From NCBI GenBank assembly GCA_965207375.1, contig OZ242274.1, positions 1,504,001 through 1,568,000 of the forward strand: a stretch of 64,000 nucleotides of DNA, in the 5' to 3' direction. Numbering within the stretch: position 1 is the first letter of the stretch; each line of letters starts with the position of its first letter. This document shows, one piece after another, positions 1-9,925 of the stretch. The translations under genes and the position numbers were made by a program. This DNA is from Nitrosopumilaceae archaeon. Lineage in GTDB: Archaea; Thermoproteota; Nitrososphaeria; Nitrososphaerales; Nitrosopumilaceae. Below the pieces are notes generated by a model, which searched no databases, was not told the DNA's origin, and was given only the letters and a program-made list of their open reading frames with translations.

Positions 1-1465
1 AGACATGACAATTTTGGAAAACTTGCTAGATGAGGTCAAAAAGATAACAGTAGATACAAAAATAGACCGAGTAATTGAGACTATTCTGCGCGAGCAGGCA
101 CTATATACATTTAGCAAAAAAGTTCTAATATTTACCGAATACACTGCAACTGCCAGATATGTCACAAAAAAACTGCGGGAAAAATTCCCACAAAATGTAA
201 TTGAATGCATAACAGGCAACACAAGACAAGAAACAAGAATCAACTATATCCGAAGATTTTCACCTAATGCAAATCTGTTAGAAGATGAAACTCTAGATTC
301 TGATGAAATTGACATTTTGGTATCAACTGAGGTCTTATCAGAGGGGCAGAACTTGCAGGATTGCAACTATGTGATTAACTATGATTTACCATGGAATCCG
401 ATGAGAATAGTACAAAGAACAGGAAGGGTAGACAGGCTTACCAGCAAATATGATGTAATTCATACTAGGGCATGTTATCCAGACAAGGAACTAGATGGTA
501 TCTTGAAGCTTATGGGAAAACTATTAGACAAGATCAATGTGGCAAATGAGGTAATTGGTGTAGATTCTGAAATACTAGGAGAGACGCCAAACCCGAAACA
601 GTTTAACGGCACAGCACAGCGAATCGAAAAACTTGCAGGTAAGGGTGCAGACGAGCTAGTCAAACAACTAGAACAAGAATCAGACGTCATGCCTTCATTG
701 TCTCCAATTAATGAGCTTGGACGATTCATTAAAGAAAAGGGAATAGAAACTGTACAGGACATTCCTATTGGACGGCGCAGTGGCAAAACAGGCCAGGATA
801 AAAAGATGATTCTAGCATACCTGCAAGAAAAGCCTGAAAGGCGTGTATATTTTGTCCAGTATGACTTTAAGACAGATACGGCATGGGTTTCAGATGATGA
901 CTCTGAGGCAATACGTCTTGTGTCGTGTCACAAAGATACTGCGATATATTTGCCGATGGATACTGTAGGAAATCAAGAGTCCTTTGAGATGTTGCTTGGA
1001 ATTGATCCAAAGGCACGCCTGGCCATAAAGGAAAAAAATGATGCTGTATCAACATATGTTAAAGATCTTCAGAGAAACAATCGTAAAAAACATGACAAAA
1101 ACATTGAAGAGATATCAAAGTTGATATTTGATGCAATTTTGGAGGGTAAAATCATCAAAGATGAAGGCAAAAAGGCAATAAACATTGTAAAGTCAGAATA
1201 CATACAGCACTGGTCTGGTGATTTAGATTCTTTATTATCTGAGTACAGACGTGATCCTGATGTTGTCAGTCTAATATCTGGAATCAAAAAAATGGGTGCA
1301 TATATTGGAATACAGCAAAAGACTGCACCCATCAAGGCAAAAGAACAAGATGCAAGAGAGTCACTTGAATTAAAATTGATAGGTGCCATGTTTATTACTC
1401 CAAAGGATGAGAAAAAGTCTGAATTGGACGAGTTCATACCTTCATCTAAACTATCTAAATTATGA
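1..1465 (+). CDS. SF2/SNF2-like helicase, C-terminal part (runs off the window 5' end), defence-associated
   Basis: HELICc motifs KVLIFTEY..TA, LSEGQNLQ, INYDLPWNPMRIVQRTGRVDR; frame is open to the window edge. Confidence 0.85.
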   Translation, partial: DMTILENLLDEVKKITVDTKIDRVIETILREQALYTFSKKVLIFTEYTATARYVTKKLREKFPQNVIECITGNTRQETRINYIRRFSPNANLLEDETLDSDEIDILVSTEVLSEGQNLQDCNYVINYDLPWNPMRIVQRTGRVDRLTSKYDVIHTRACYPDKELDGILKLMGKLLDKINVANEVIGVDSEILGETPNPKQFNGTAQRIEKLAGKGADELVKQLEQESDVMPSLSPINELGRFIKEKGIETVQDIPIGRRSGKTGQDKKMILAYLQEKPERRVYFVQYDFKTDTAWVSDDDSEAIRLVSCHKDTAIYLPMDTVGNQESFEMLLGIDPKARLAIKEKNDAVSTYVKDLQRNNRKKHDKNIEEISKLIFDAILEGKIIKDEGKKAINIVKSEYIQHWSGDLDSLLSEYRRDPDVVSLISGIKKMGAYIGIQQKTAPIKAKEQDARESLELKLIGAMFITPKDEKKSELDEFIPSSKLSKL

Positions 1466-1510
1466 CAATTAAAACAAGTATTTAATGAAAAATAGCAGAT
1501 TCTATGGGAT

Positions 1511-2926
1511 TTATGGAAGACGTTTGGTGCCAAAACCACACGACAAGCATGTTTCATAATGTGTGTTTATTTCAGTAGCCCATCCGCGTCCTACGTTCAG
1601 TTTATCTAGGGACTTTTTCAAATCGTAAATGTCATTGTAATGTTTTTTGTTTCTTTTGATAAGAATATCCTTGAATTCTTCGTATGGGAGATAGTTATTC
1701 TTTTTGCGATTACATGACTGACATGCCAGAACTAAATTCCACGCCTCATCACGAAATATGTACGACCATGGAATAAAATGATCCACTTCCGTATAGTTTT
1801 TTTCTAGACGTGTCCTACAATAAAAACAACAGCAATCATACTTACCATACATGTTTTGGTATTTTTTCAATACTCCTCGTTCTTTATTTGGGATCTCTAT
1901 TTTTGATACCAAATCTGGTAATGAACCGTTTGCTCTTTCCAAGAATTTTGCCCATTCTGCAATTACTGCCTTGAACAGTATGGCATGATTACGTCTGAAA
2001 AAATCAACAGCCTCGGGACGCATGTAGATCATTTGTTTATCATCGTTATAGTCATAGAAAATACTGTATTCTACCATCTCACCATCATTACCTGGAATAT
2101 TTTGAAATCTTGGCACGACCATAGATTTTCTTTTTCTATCATGACCAAATACGTTTTTGAGTATTTCGCTTTTGGCTGTGACAATGTGTTTCTTATCGAT
2201 GTGTTCAAAGTCTGCAGGAGGATCATCACCAAATACCCTGTGTAGTGCCTTGATTACCTCTGGTTGTTTCTTCTTCTTAAAGTCCTGTTTTATCTTGTAT
2301 ACGTATTCTTGATACCAATAATGTTCTAAGAATTTTTCTGCAAGATAAGAATATGGTATATTGTATGTTCGGTTGTTCAGAGAATAGTCTAGGAGAATCT
2401 TGGCTAGTGTGAACTTGTAAGTGTTATCCTTTTCACCTCTTGGTGTTATTATGGATGTAAAGACACGCCTCATGTCGTTTTCTTCTCCGAATTTTATTGT
2501 GGCCTTTTCCTCATATGGAGGAGGATCAATTATCCATGTTTGAGTATCGATGGGAACTTGTGTTTGGGGTGAGGTTAATCTCAATGCAAGTCGCCACTTG
2601 TATTTTGATTTGTTCCATACTGAGACTAACCCGTCTTTTCGAAGTTTTTCTATTACTTCTATGGTTCTATCGTAAAAATCATTGTTTCTTCTATTTGGAC
2701 CGATTAGATCTGGACTGAGCTTGATCTCATCGGCTACTGCAATTCTAAGGTAATCAAGTGTATGCCATACATGTTTTGTTTTGTATGGTACCTGTAAGTT
2801 ATCTCCTGCAGGTATCTCGTTGTTTTTGTCTAGCTCTGCTATGGTTTTGCCTTTCATGCTGAGTTGATTTAATATGGAAATACGAATTATGTCTCTTGGG
2901 ATTTTTCTTTTGATTTTAAATGTCAA
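1511..2926 (-). CDS. HNH endonuclease with Mrr_N-like winged-helix N-terminus
   Basis: CFYC..EVDHFIPWS..WNLVLACQSCNRKK; central NTYKFTLAKILLD domain; N-terminal FYDR..L.K.GLV...W.L pattern resembles Mrr_N. Confidence 0.85.
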   Translation of the reverse strand: MTFKIKRKIPRDIIRISILNQLSMKGKTIAELDKNNEIPAGDNLQVPYKTKHVWHTLDYLRIAVADEIKLSPDLIGPNRRNNDFYDRTIEVIEKLRKDGLVSVWNKSKYKWRLALRLTSPQTQVPIDTQTWIIDPPPYEEKATIKFGEENDMRRVFTSIITPRGEKDNTYKFTLAKILLDYSLNNRTYNIPYSYLAEKFLEHYWYQEYVYKIKQDFKKKKQPEVIKALHRVFGDDPPADFEHIDKKHIVTAKSEILKNVFGHDRKRKSMVVPRFQNIPGNDGEMVEYSIFYDYNDDKQMIYMRPEAVDFFRRNHAILFKAVIAEWAKFLERANGSLPDLVSKIEIPNKERGVLKKYQNMYGKYDCCCFYCRTRLEKNYTEVDHFIPWSYIFRDEAWNLVLACQSCNRKKNNYLPYEEFKDILIKRNKKHYNDIYDLKKSLDKLNVGRGWATEINTHYETCLSCGFGTKRLP

Positions 2927-3905
2927 TGTTTTTCTCCCATATCATATGCCCATATTTTTTGGCATTATCATAGTGTGATTCTATGTCTTGATTACCATTT
3001 GTAAGAGTCTGTGTGGAATCATCAAGTTTTTTGATTTTTTTGCCATACCACTCATTACGTCGTATCAATCTTGCAACATATTCAGGTCTAGGAAGTGAAC
3101 TTGATTTTTCACAGTTACATTTTTGACATGCAACAACTAGATTCCACATCTCGTTTTCACTCACATAGTCAAATGGTAAAAGATGATCTACGTGGATCTT
3201 TCTTCCAGCAAGGGATTGTCTGCAATAAAAGCAAGTATCAAAGAAACATAGCAAAATCTTGCGGAATTGGGACAGATTCCGAGAGGGTTTGAAACGTCCA
3301 TCTATCTTTCTTGTCAGATTTGGCATTCCAAAATTACGATTCTCAAGAAATCTCACCCAACCCAAGATTGTAGCCCTGTACAAAGGATGATAATTCTTGT
3401 GTAGTACATTTACAGTATGTTTTTTCAACGTTATTCCGTCATCAGGATCTATTTCTTTGTTGTCTGCTGAATCCTTGTACTCTTTTGTTATTTTGTATGT
3501 GTATAGTTTATCTCCATTTTTTTGAAATCTTGGAATAACATCATCAAAGCATTCTTCTGAAATTTTTTTAATACAATTACGAACCTTGTTTGGGTGTTTT
3601 TTACATATCTTTTCATAAGATGGATACGTATCTTCTATTGGAAATTCTTTTCTTATGATATCTATTATAATCGGTGGTTGATTTTTTGGACCCTGACGCA
3701 ATCTGTACTTGCATTCTTGTTTCCAATAATACTCAAAAAAATCTTGTGCTATCTCATCATAGCTTACAAACAATTTGGAATTTTGTTCATTACAATGATC
3801 TAAGAGAGATCTTGCCAAGGCAAACTTGTATGTGTTATTAAATCTATTTTTGGAACTTGGAGTGATATTTGTGACAAAAGAATCTATGATGTTGCTTTCT
3901 TTCAA
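2916..3905 (-). CDS. HNH endonuclease, paralogue of the neighbouring gene
   Basis: NTYKFALARSLLD; CFYC..HVDHLLPF..WNLVVACQKCNCEK; overlaps the next gene by 11 bp. Confidence 0.85.
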   Translation of the reverse strand: MKESNIIDSFVTNITPSSKNRFNNTYKFALARSLLDHCNEQNSKLFVSYDEIAQDFFEYYWKQECKYRLRQGPKNQPPIIIDIIRKEFPIEDTYPSYEKICKKHPNKVRNCIKKISEECFDDVIPRFQKNGDKLYTYKITKEYKDSADNKEIDPDDGITLKKHTVNVLHKNYHPLYRATILGWVRFLENRNFGMPNLTRKIDGRFKPSRNLSQFRKILLCFFDTCFYCRQSLAGRKIHVDHLLPFDYVSENEMWNLVVACQKCNCEKSSSLPRPEYVARLIRRNEWYGKKIKKLDDSTQTLTNGNQDIESHYDNAKKYGHMIWEKNIDI

Positions 3906-4096
3906 AAGATATCATTTGTACATTAATTCTTGTTTGTTATATTCATGTCGAATAATTTAAGTTAAAATAATTTGTATATTTAACAAGATGAAAATGAATT
4001 TTCATGATTTATCAATGACACATAATGCTATCATGCATCTAAAATCAAATCCTTTACAGTAATCTATTTTAGATTATGATTTAAAATCTACATAAC

Positions 4097-4969
4097 ATGG
4101 TAAATCAGTATTGTATTTTAGTAGACAAAAGAGATGTCGAAAAATTACGTATATTTCAAATTGGCAAATTCAATATGCAAATAAAAAAAATTTTAGATGA
4201 CCATGGATACAAATTTATCTGGGGGTTTCACAAAAGTCAGATATCTGATTCATGGAAAAAAATACGTAAAAATGATCGTGTGTTTTTTTCCATTCCTAAA
4301 AATAACTTTGAAATTACATCATTGGTGGCAAAGAAGCTGTTTGACAAGAAGATCGGAAAACGTCTTTGGCCTGACAACTTGGACTCACAAGAAATAACTC
4401 ATTTTTTGTTGTTTGATTCTATCCAACATGTGAATTTGTCGTTTCTTCAGACAATTGAAAATGCATCAGACGAAATCAAAATTCTATTTCCTGGAATATA
4501 TGAGCTCAAAAAAAGTTTTAAAATAAACATAGATAAATCAGACTTGCAGAACAAACATAAATCGATCCCAAAACCCTTCATCGTGCCCTCTACCAAAGTT
4601 GGGCCTGCACAAAAGGATATCTTTGAGGTTATACGATTCATACGTGATTCCACAAAGGTGAAAAAACTAAAAAAACTATACAACAACAAATGCCAAATTT
4701 GTAACTATACATTTGAGTACAAGAAAAATCACTTTTATTCTGAAGTACATCATTACAATCCTTTGAAAGCAAATGCCGATGATGAATTAGATAACATGAT
4801 TGTGGTTTGTCCAAACCATCATGCAGAATTTGATTACAACATGATTGCAATTGCTCATGATGGTACAAGTATTATAGATAAAAAAGGTAACAAAATTGCA
4901 ACAATATATTTTAAAGATGGGCACAGATTAAATATTAAAAATATTACAAACCAATTACGAGAAATTTGA
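4097..4969 (+). CDS. McrA-like HNH endonuclease with putative EVE/PUA-like N-terminal domain
   Basis: RD..KV..LK.LY...CQIC, YSEVHHYNPL, NMIVVCPNHHAEFD; N-terminal IWG..W.KI.KND.VFF pattern. Confidence 0.8.
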   Translation: MVNQYCILVDKRDVEKLRIFQIGKFNMQIKKILDDHGYKFIWGFHKSQISDSWKKIRKNDRVFFSIPKNNFEITSLVAKKLFDKKIGKRLWPDNLDSQEITHFLLFDSIQHVNLSFLQTIENASDEIKILFPGIYELKKSFKINIDKSDLQNKHKSIPKPFIVPSTKVGPAQKDIFEVIRFIRDSTKVKKLKKLYNNKCQICNYTFEYKKNHFYSEVHHYNPLKANADDELDNMIVVCPNHHAEFDYNMIAIAHDGTSIIDKKGNKIATIYFKDGHRLNIKNITNQLREI

Positions 4970-4970
4970 T

Positions 4971-7073
4971 ATGTTATTTCATGAACTTGACATCAAACCA
5001 TCTTATGATTCTAAGAAAACAGATGTATTTAATGAATTCTTTAACACTGTTTTACCACATTCAAAATACTATCGCAGATTTGGAGGGGTGTTTTCGGCAA
5101 AGCGATTTGCACTGATGGCTGAAGGTCTTCAAGAATTTATCAAGGAAAACAATGGAATGATGGAACTTGCAATAATTCCAAATTTTTCTCAGAATGACCG
5201 AGAAGCATTGATGAGAGGTGTATCTGTTGATGACATAGTTGCAAAAAATTGGATAGATGATCTGTCAAAAATCAGAGAAAAAATACTTGAGGATCATATA
5301 AGGGCGATTTCATGGATGATAGCAAATCAATATCTTACAGTCAAGATTATTCTACCAGAACATGAAGACGGTTCAATGTTTACCGAGGCCGAACTAAACG
5401 AGGTAGCAATGTTTCGACGAGAGATTGGAATTTTTTACAACAAGGAAGATAATTCACAACTGTCTTTTCACGGGATTATTGACAGGGATGATTCTGAAAT
5501 GGGTGAGATATACTCCTTGGATGTGTCAAGAAATTGGATAGAGACAGAAACAAGTAGAGTTGCATCTGATCACGAAGATTTTACAAATTACTGGAATGAC
5601 GAAACCATACAAATGGGAACACTGTCATGTAAAATAAGACCATTATCACAAAAGTTAGTAGATCATTTTAAAGTGAACTCTCCTAAAACAAAATCTGAGA
5701 TTCCGGATCTAAAAAAAATACCTGTTTTAAGAAAATATCAAATCGAGGCTATAGATGCATGGTTGGAAAATGACGGACGTGGTATATTTGAAATGGCCAC
5801 AGGGACCGGTAAGACATTTACTGCCATAGGAGGAATAAGAAAAATCCAAGAGATGGAAGACAAGTTGCTTGTTATAGTTGCTGTGCCGTATAGAAATTTA
5901 ATTGATCAATGGAAAAAAGAACTTGCAAAATGGTTTATTGATTCTATTATTCTCGAATCTGGAAGTTGGAGACGTGATTTACATGATGAGATTTCATATA
6001 TGAACAGAGCTAGAGAGAAAACATACTCCGTATTAATAACATCCCATGATCTGTTTTCAGATAATAAATTTCTTGAACAGATAGAAAATTGTCAATTTTC
6101 TACAATGCTACTAGTAGATGAGGCACATCATGTTGGTACATTTATTGGAAGAAGGGGTCTTTTACCGAATTATTCATACAGGATGGCATTATCTGCAACA
6201 ATTGAACGATATTTTGATGATGACGGTACATGTTTTTTACGAGATTATTTCAAAGGTTCAACTGGCAAATCCACGGTGATGGAATATTCACTGGAAATGG
6301 CAATCAAAGACAACAGATTATGCGGATACAACTATTACCCATTCTTTGTAGACTTAACCCTGGAAGAAATGACAGAATATCAAATACTGACATATCGAGC
6401 AGTTAGGCTGTTACATTCTAAGAAAACAGCGACACGAGAAAAAGGAGAGATGTTAATTAAAAAAAGAGCAAAAATTGTAAGAGATGCAAAAAATAAAATT
6501 AAGTGCTTAAAACAGATACTTCCACAAATCCCACACCTCAAACATCTTTTGATATTTTGCTCTGAAAATCAATTTGAGGCAATCGATGAAATACTAAACA
6601 ACCCAATAAAACACTGTGGTATAGACAGGTCACTTTTGTTTAGAAAAATCACTTATGAAAATCCACCTGATAAAAAAGACAGAACTAAAATTCTAAATGA
6701 CTTTGCAAATGAAGATTGGGACATATTATTATCAAACAAAATACTTGATGAGGGAATGGATATTCCACAGGCAAGAAGATGTATAGTTATGGCATCTACT
6801 GGAAACCCCACACAGTTTATCCAAAGACGTGGACGGGTATTACGTACATTTGCAGAACCATACAAGGACGGAAGTAGAAAAACACACGCAGATATTTTTG
6901 ATATTCTAGTGAAACCACAAATTAACAACCTTGATGATCCTGACTCCATCAAAATGGAGCTTGGTATGATCAAAAGTCAGTTATCAAGAATTACTCAGAT
7001 GAGTGAGTTGGCCATGAACAGAAAAGACTGTATGGAAAAAATCAAAGAATTTACATATGGATTTGAATTTTAA
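4971..7073 (+). CDS. pbeA: PbeA-like DEAH-box helicase with degenerate PLD-like N-domain (phosphorothioate-linked defence)
   Basis: LRKYQ, MATGTGKT, DEAHH, LSAT, LDEGMDIP, QFIQRRGRVLR; followed by small protein, SMC ATPase and EEYAN protein next to dnd genes. Confidence 0.8.
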   Translation: MLFHELDIKPSYDSKKTDVFNEFFNTVLPHSKYYRRFGGVFSAKRFALMAEGLQEFIKENNGMMELAIIPNFSQNDREALMRGVSVDDIVAKNWIDDLSKIREKILEDHIRAISWMIANQYLTVKIILPEHEDGSMFTEAELNEVAMFRREIGIFYNKEDNSQLSFHGIIDRDDSEMGEIYSLDVSRNWIETETSRVASDHEDFTNYWNDETIQMGTLSCKIRPLSQKLVDHFKVNSPKTKSEIPDLKKIPVLRKYQIEAIDAWLENDGRGIFEMATGTGKTFTAIGGIRKIQEMEDKLLVIVAVPYRNLIDQWKKELAKWFIDSIILESGSWRRDLHDEISYMNRAREKTYSVLITSHDLFSDNKFLEQIENCQFSTMLLVDEAHHVGTFIGRRGLLPNYSYRMALSATIERYFDDDGTCFLRDYFKGSTGKSTVMEYSLEMAIKDNRLCGYNYYPFFVDLTLEEMTEYQILTYRAVRLLHSKKTATREKGEMLIKKRAKIVRDAKNKIKCLKQILPQIPHLKHLLIFCSENQFEAIDEILNNPIKHCGIDRSLLFRKITYENPPDKKDRTKILNDFANEDWDILLSNKILDEGMDIPQARRCIVMASTGNPTQFIQRRGRVLRTFAEPYKDGSRKTHADIFDILVKPQINNLDDPDSIKMELGMIKSQLSRITQMSELAMNRKDCMEKIKEFTYGFEF

Positions 7074-7084
7074 GATTTTATCTA

Positions 7085-7093
7085 TTTATATAA
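7085..7093 (+). promoter_or_regulatory. Putative archaeal TATA box for the pbeB-like gene
   Basis: TTTATATAA about 20-27 bp upstream of GTG at 7112. Confidence 0.4.
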
Positions 7094-7111
7094 CAATTGT
7101 GGACAACATAC

Positions 7112-7336
7112 GTGGTAGTCCTTAATCCGATAATTCTTGATGCTCTAGATACGTATTTCAAAGAAAAACCAGACACCCCAACAAAGATGCAGCAATTGAT
7201 TAAAAAATTATTGGAGCTTGAAAGCGTTGCAAGCGGTACCAATGAGGGAATGGACAAACTATACGATCAGGTTCTTGATCAGTTTGTTTCTGATGATGAT
7301 TTTATGCAATGGAGTAAAAAATATGTCAGCGGATAA
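7112..7336 (+). CDS. pbeB: Small acidic PbeB-like protein (GTG start inferred; ORF track starts at 7097)
   Basis: Small helical ORF between the helicase and the SMC ATPase; overlaps the next start; assignment by synteny. Confidence 0.6.
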   Translation: MVVLNPIILDALDTYFKEKPDTPTKMQQLIKKLLELESVASGTNEGMDKLYDQVLDQFVSDDDFMQWSKKYVSG

Positions 7337-9422
7337 AGAGCGTCTTTTTATTAAAAAAATAGAGATGTCAAACGTAGGACGATTTTACGGTTCGGGTCAC
7401 TCCGTAATGCTTTCTAGCTCTACAGAAAAAAATATCACCGTAATTATAGGATACAGTGGAAGAGGCAAGTCAACAATTCATGATTTAATTTATTGGTGTC
7501 TTTATGGGGAACATAAAAAACACTCTGAAGATGAGCGTCGTGGATTAGATTATGGATTAATCAATGTGGATGCATTATCAAATCTATCAAAAGGAAACAG
7601 TGTAACTGCATCCATCACATTGACACTACACAATGACAAAGAAAAAAAATATGTCCTTACTAGAGAATTAATTGCAACATATAATCGAGACTCTACCAAA
7701 CGTGAATTTAAACCTGAAAACAACTCTCAAGTTCAATCGGGAATTGATTTTGAATCAACTGTTAGACTTGAAATGAAAGATGTTTCAGGTCAATTAATAC
7801 CAGAACGAAATCCAACAATGATTAGAAATGAAATGAATAAATATTTTCCACAACATCTATCTGATTTTTTCCTCTTTGATGGTGAAAATCTGATCAAATT
7901 TCAAAATAATACCTCCTCTGATTTTATAAAAAATGGCATTACGAAAATCTCTGGACTGGGAATTTTAGGATCTCTTTCAAAATCTGCTGGAAATACTGCA
8001 ACAAAAATAAGTAATCATCTTGGTGGCAAAAGCGCCGAAGCCGCACCATATTCGAGTACCGTAAAACGATTGACAATTCAAGCAAAAACACTACAAAACG
8101 AAATTGTAGAACATAAGACAAAATCAGATCGTTTTAGAATATTGCATGATGAAATATCGGAAAAAATTAGGCAAAACAAGGAAGGCTCTAAACTAGTCAA
8201 GGATGAAAAGCAAACTAGAAGAAACAAGAGCAACGCATCTAGGGATCTTAGAGAGACAAATGACCAAATAAAAGATATGCTTTTTGAGAAAATCCCACAG
8301 TTATTGATTAGAAATACGCTTGAAAAATCAGAAGAAATTTTTGCAAGGCTAGAAGATGAGGACAAGATACCTCCTTCAATATCTAGAGGTGCAATAGACA
8401 AAATTCTAGGTTCAGATCCGCTAAGATGCGTATGTGGAAGAGAGTTTGAGAAAAATCAACATGATCCAGACTCACCTTGGATGATTTTGAACAGAATAAA
8501 GGGTACGATTATTGAAGATGATCTATCACAAGGGATATCATTAGGACGTGACTTGATCAGTAGAATAATTGACAATGCATCTACTGAAAAATCAGGCAAG
8601 GACTATTATGCTTTGATAGACAAACGCAGGGAAAAAACAAGAGAGATTCAGGAATATAATGCAGAAATTGAAGAACTTACGGCCAAAATGAAGGATCTAG
8701 AATATGAAGATATGGAGAATCTTGGCACCCTAAAACAAGAATATATGGAGAATATGCTAGAGGAAAATGGAAACATCCGCTCCAAGCAAGAAAAACTTGA
8801 TGAATTGGAAAGTACCATCAAGGAAAATGAAAAACTACAAAATGTTGCACTAGAAAAAGAAAGAATATACAGTACAGAGATAAATAAAATATCTCTGGCA
8901 AATGCAGTCAGCAAATTTTCAAAGATCTTAGAAAAGCGAATTGAAGAGATTTTTAGAGACAAGACAGAGAAAACCACAAGCGAATATTTCCTTCAAAGTG
9001 CACCACAAAAAGAAGAATTTGATCAGGTTAACATTTCTGAAAATTATGATATTGCAGTAAAGGACGTAAATAACTTAACGGCGGGTCTATCTAAAGGTCA
9101 GGCCCATGTGCTTGGTCTGTCATATGTAGCAGGAATCAGAGAAATCACACACACTAACACGTTTTTGATTATAGATTCCCCATTACACAATATATCTGGA
9201 ACAGCACGAAATGAAATATCCGAGGTATTTTCAAAGTATTTACCAAATGTTCAAATCGTACTGCTTGTAACTGATACTGAATATCTTCACAGTGATCCAA
9301 ATGGTGCCAAACCAGTAAAGGACATTTTACGAACCAATGGACGAATATGGAAAGAATATTTCATAGATGAGGTAGAAACAGATGGAATAAAGAGCAGAAA
9401 AATCACGGAGTATACATCATAA
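7323..9422 (+). CDS. pbeC: PbeC-like SMC/Rad50-type ATPase (start MSADKE inferred)
   Basis: Walker A GYSGRGKST, FFLFDGE, CVCGR hook, coiled coils, LSKGQ signature, IIDSP Walker B. Confidence 0.8.
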   Translation: MSADKERLFIKKIEMSNVGRFYGSGHSVMLSSSTEKNITVIIGYSGRGKSTIHDLIYWCLYGEHKKHSEDERRGLDYGLINVDALSNLSKGNSVTASITLTLHNDKEKKYVLTRELIATYNRDSTKREFKPENNSQVQSGIDFESTVRLEMKDVSGQLIPERNPTMIRNEMNKYFPQHLSDFFLFDGENLIKFQNNTSSDFIKNGITKISGLGILGSLSKSAGNTATKISNHLGGKSAEAAPYSSTVKRLTIQAKTLQNEIVEHKTKSDRFRILHDEISEKIRQNKEGSKLVKDEKQTRRNKSNASRDLRETNDQIKDMLFEKIPQLLIRNTLEKSEEIFARLEDEDKIPPSISRGAIDKILGSDPLRCVCGREFEKNQHDPDSPWMILNRIKGTIIEDDLSQGISLGRDLISRIIDNASTEKSGKDYYALIDKRREKTREIQEYNAEIEELTAKMKDLEYEDMENLGTLKQEYMENMLEENGNIRSKQEKLDELESTIKENEKLQNVALEKERIYSTEINKISLANAVSKFSKILEKRIEEIFRDKTEKTTSEYFLQSAPQKEEFDQVNISENYDIAVKDVNNLTAGLSKGQAHVLGLSYVAGIREITHTNTFLIIDSPLHNISGTARNEISEVFSKYLPNVQIVLLVTDTEYLHSDPNGAKPVKDILRTNGRIWKEYFIDEVETDGIKSRKITEYTS

Positions 9423-9925
9423 TGTCAGAAAAGACAACAAGAGGAACAAAAATTGACATATCTGCAAAAAAAATTGTTGCAGGATGGCCAAAAGTAGGTT
9501 ACGACGGAAACAATGAGAAGATTCGTAGTTTTTACTATAGGGAAGCTGGTACCACAAAAGACAGAAAGTCATTATTTGTACACAAAAAGCTTGCTGATGT
9601 GTTTATTTTTGCAATGACGCTTGGAAAAAGAGCAGGAATAAAAAAACCATATGCCAACAAAAAAGATAGACAAGACAGTATCGATAGTGAATACATTGCC
9701 ACTAGACCAGAGTATGTCTGGATGATGATTGCCATTGCCATAGATGAATCAAAGGGTGATCTTGAAATTTTCAGTGACCCCAAAACACGGATCATCGATG
9801 TATGTGAAGAGTATGCCAATTATGGAATAGAGTTGCTGATAGAGATGGAACAAGATGCTAGTACTTCTGATCCCTTTTCAGGATATGAAAAGAAATTTGA
9901 AGATCTACTAAAAGAACTAGAATGA
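9422..9925 (+). CDS. pbeD: PbeD-like / phosphorothioation-associated small protein
   Basis: DVFIFAMTLG and CEEYANYGIELL motifs; TAATG coupling to the ATPase. Confidence 0.7.
   Translation: MSEKTTRGTKIDISAKKIVAGWPKVGYDGNNEKIRSFYYREAGTTKDRKSLFVHKKLADVFIFAMTLGKRAGIKKPYANKKDRQDSIDSEYIATRPEYVWMMIAIAIDESKGDLEIFSDPKTRIIDVCEEYANYGIELLIEMEQDASTSDPFSGYEKKFEDLLKELE

Noticed and set aside
7218-7322. N-terminal extension of the SMC ATPase given in the ORF track
   Set aside because: Overlaps the pbeB-like gene; the family-like sequence starts at ATG 7323
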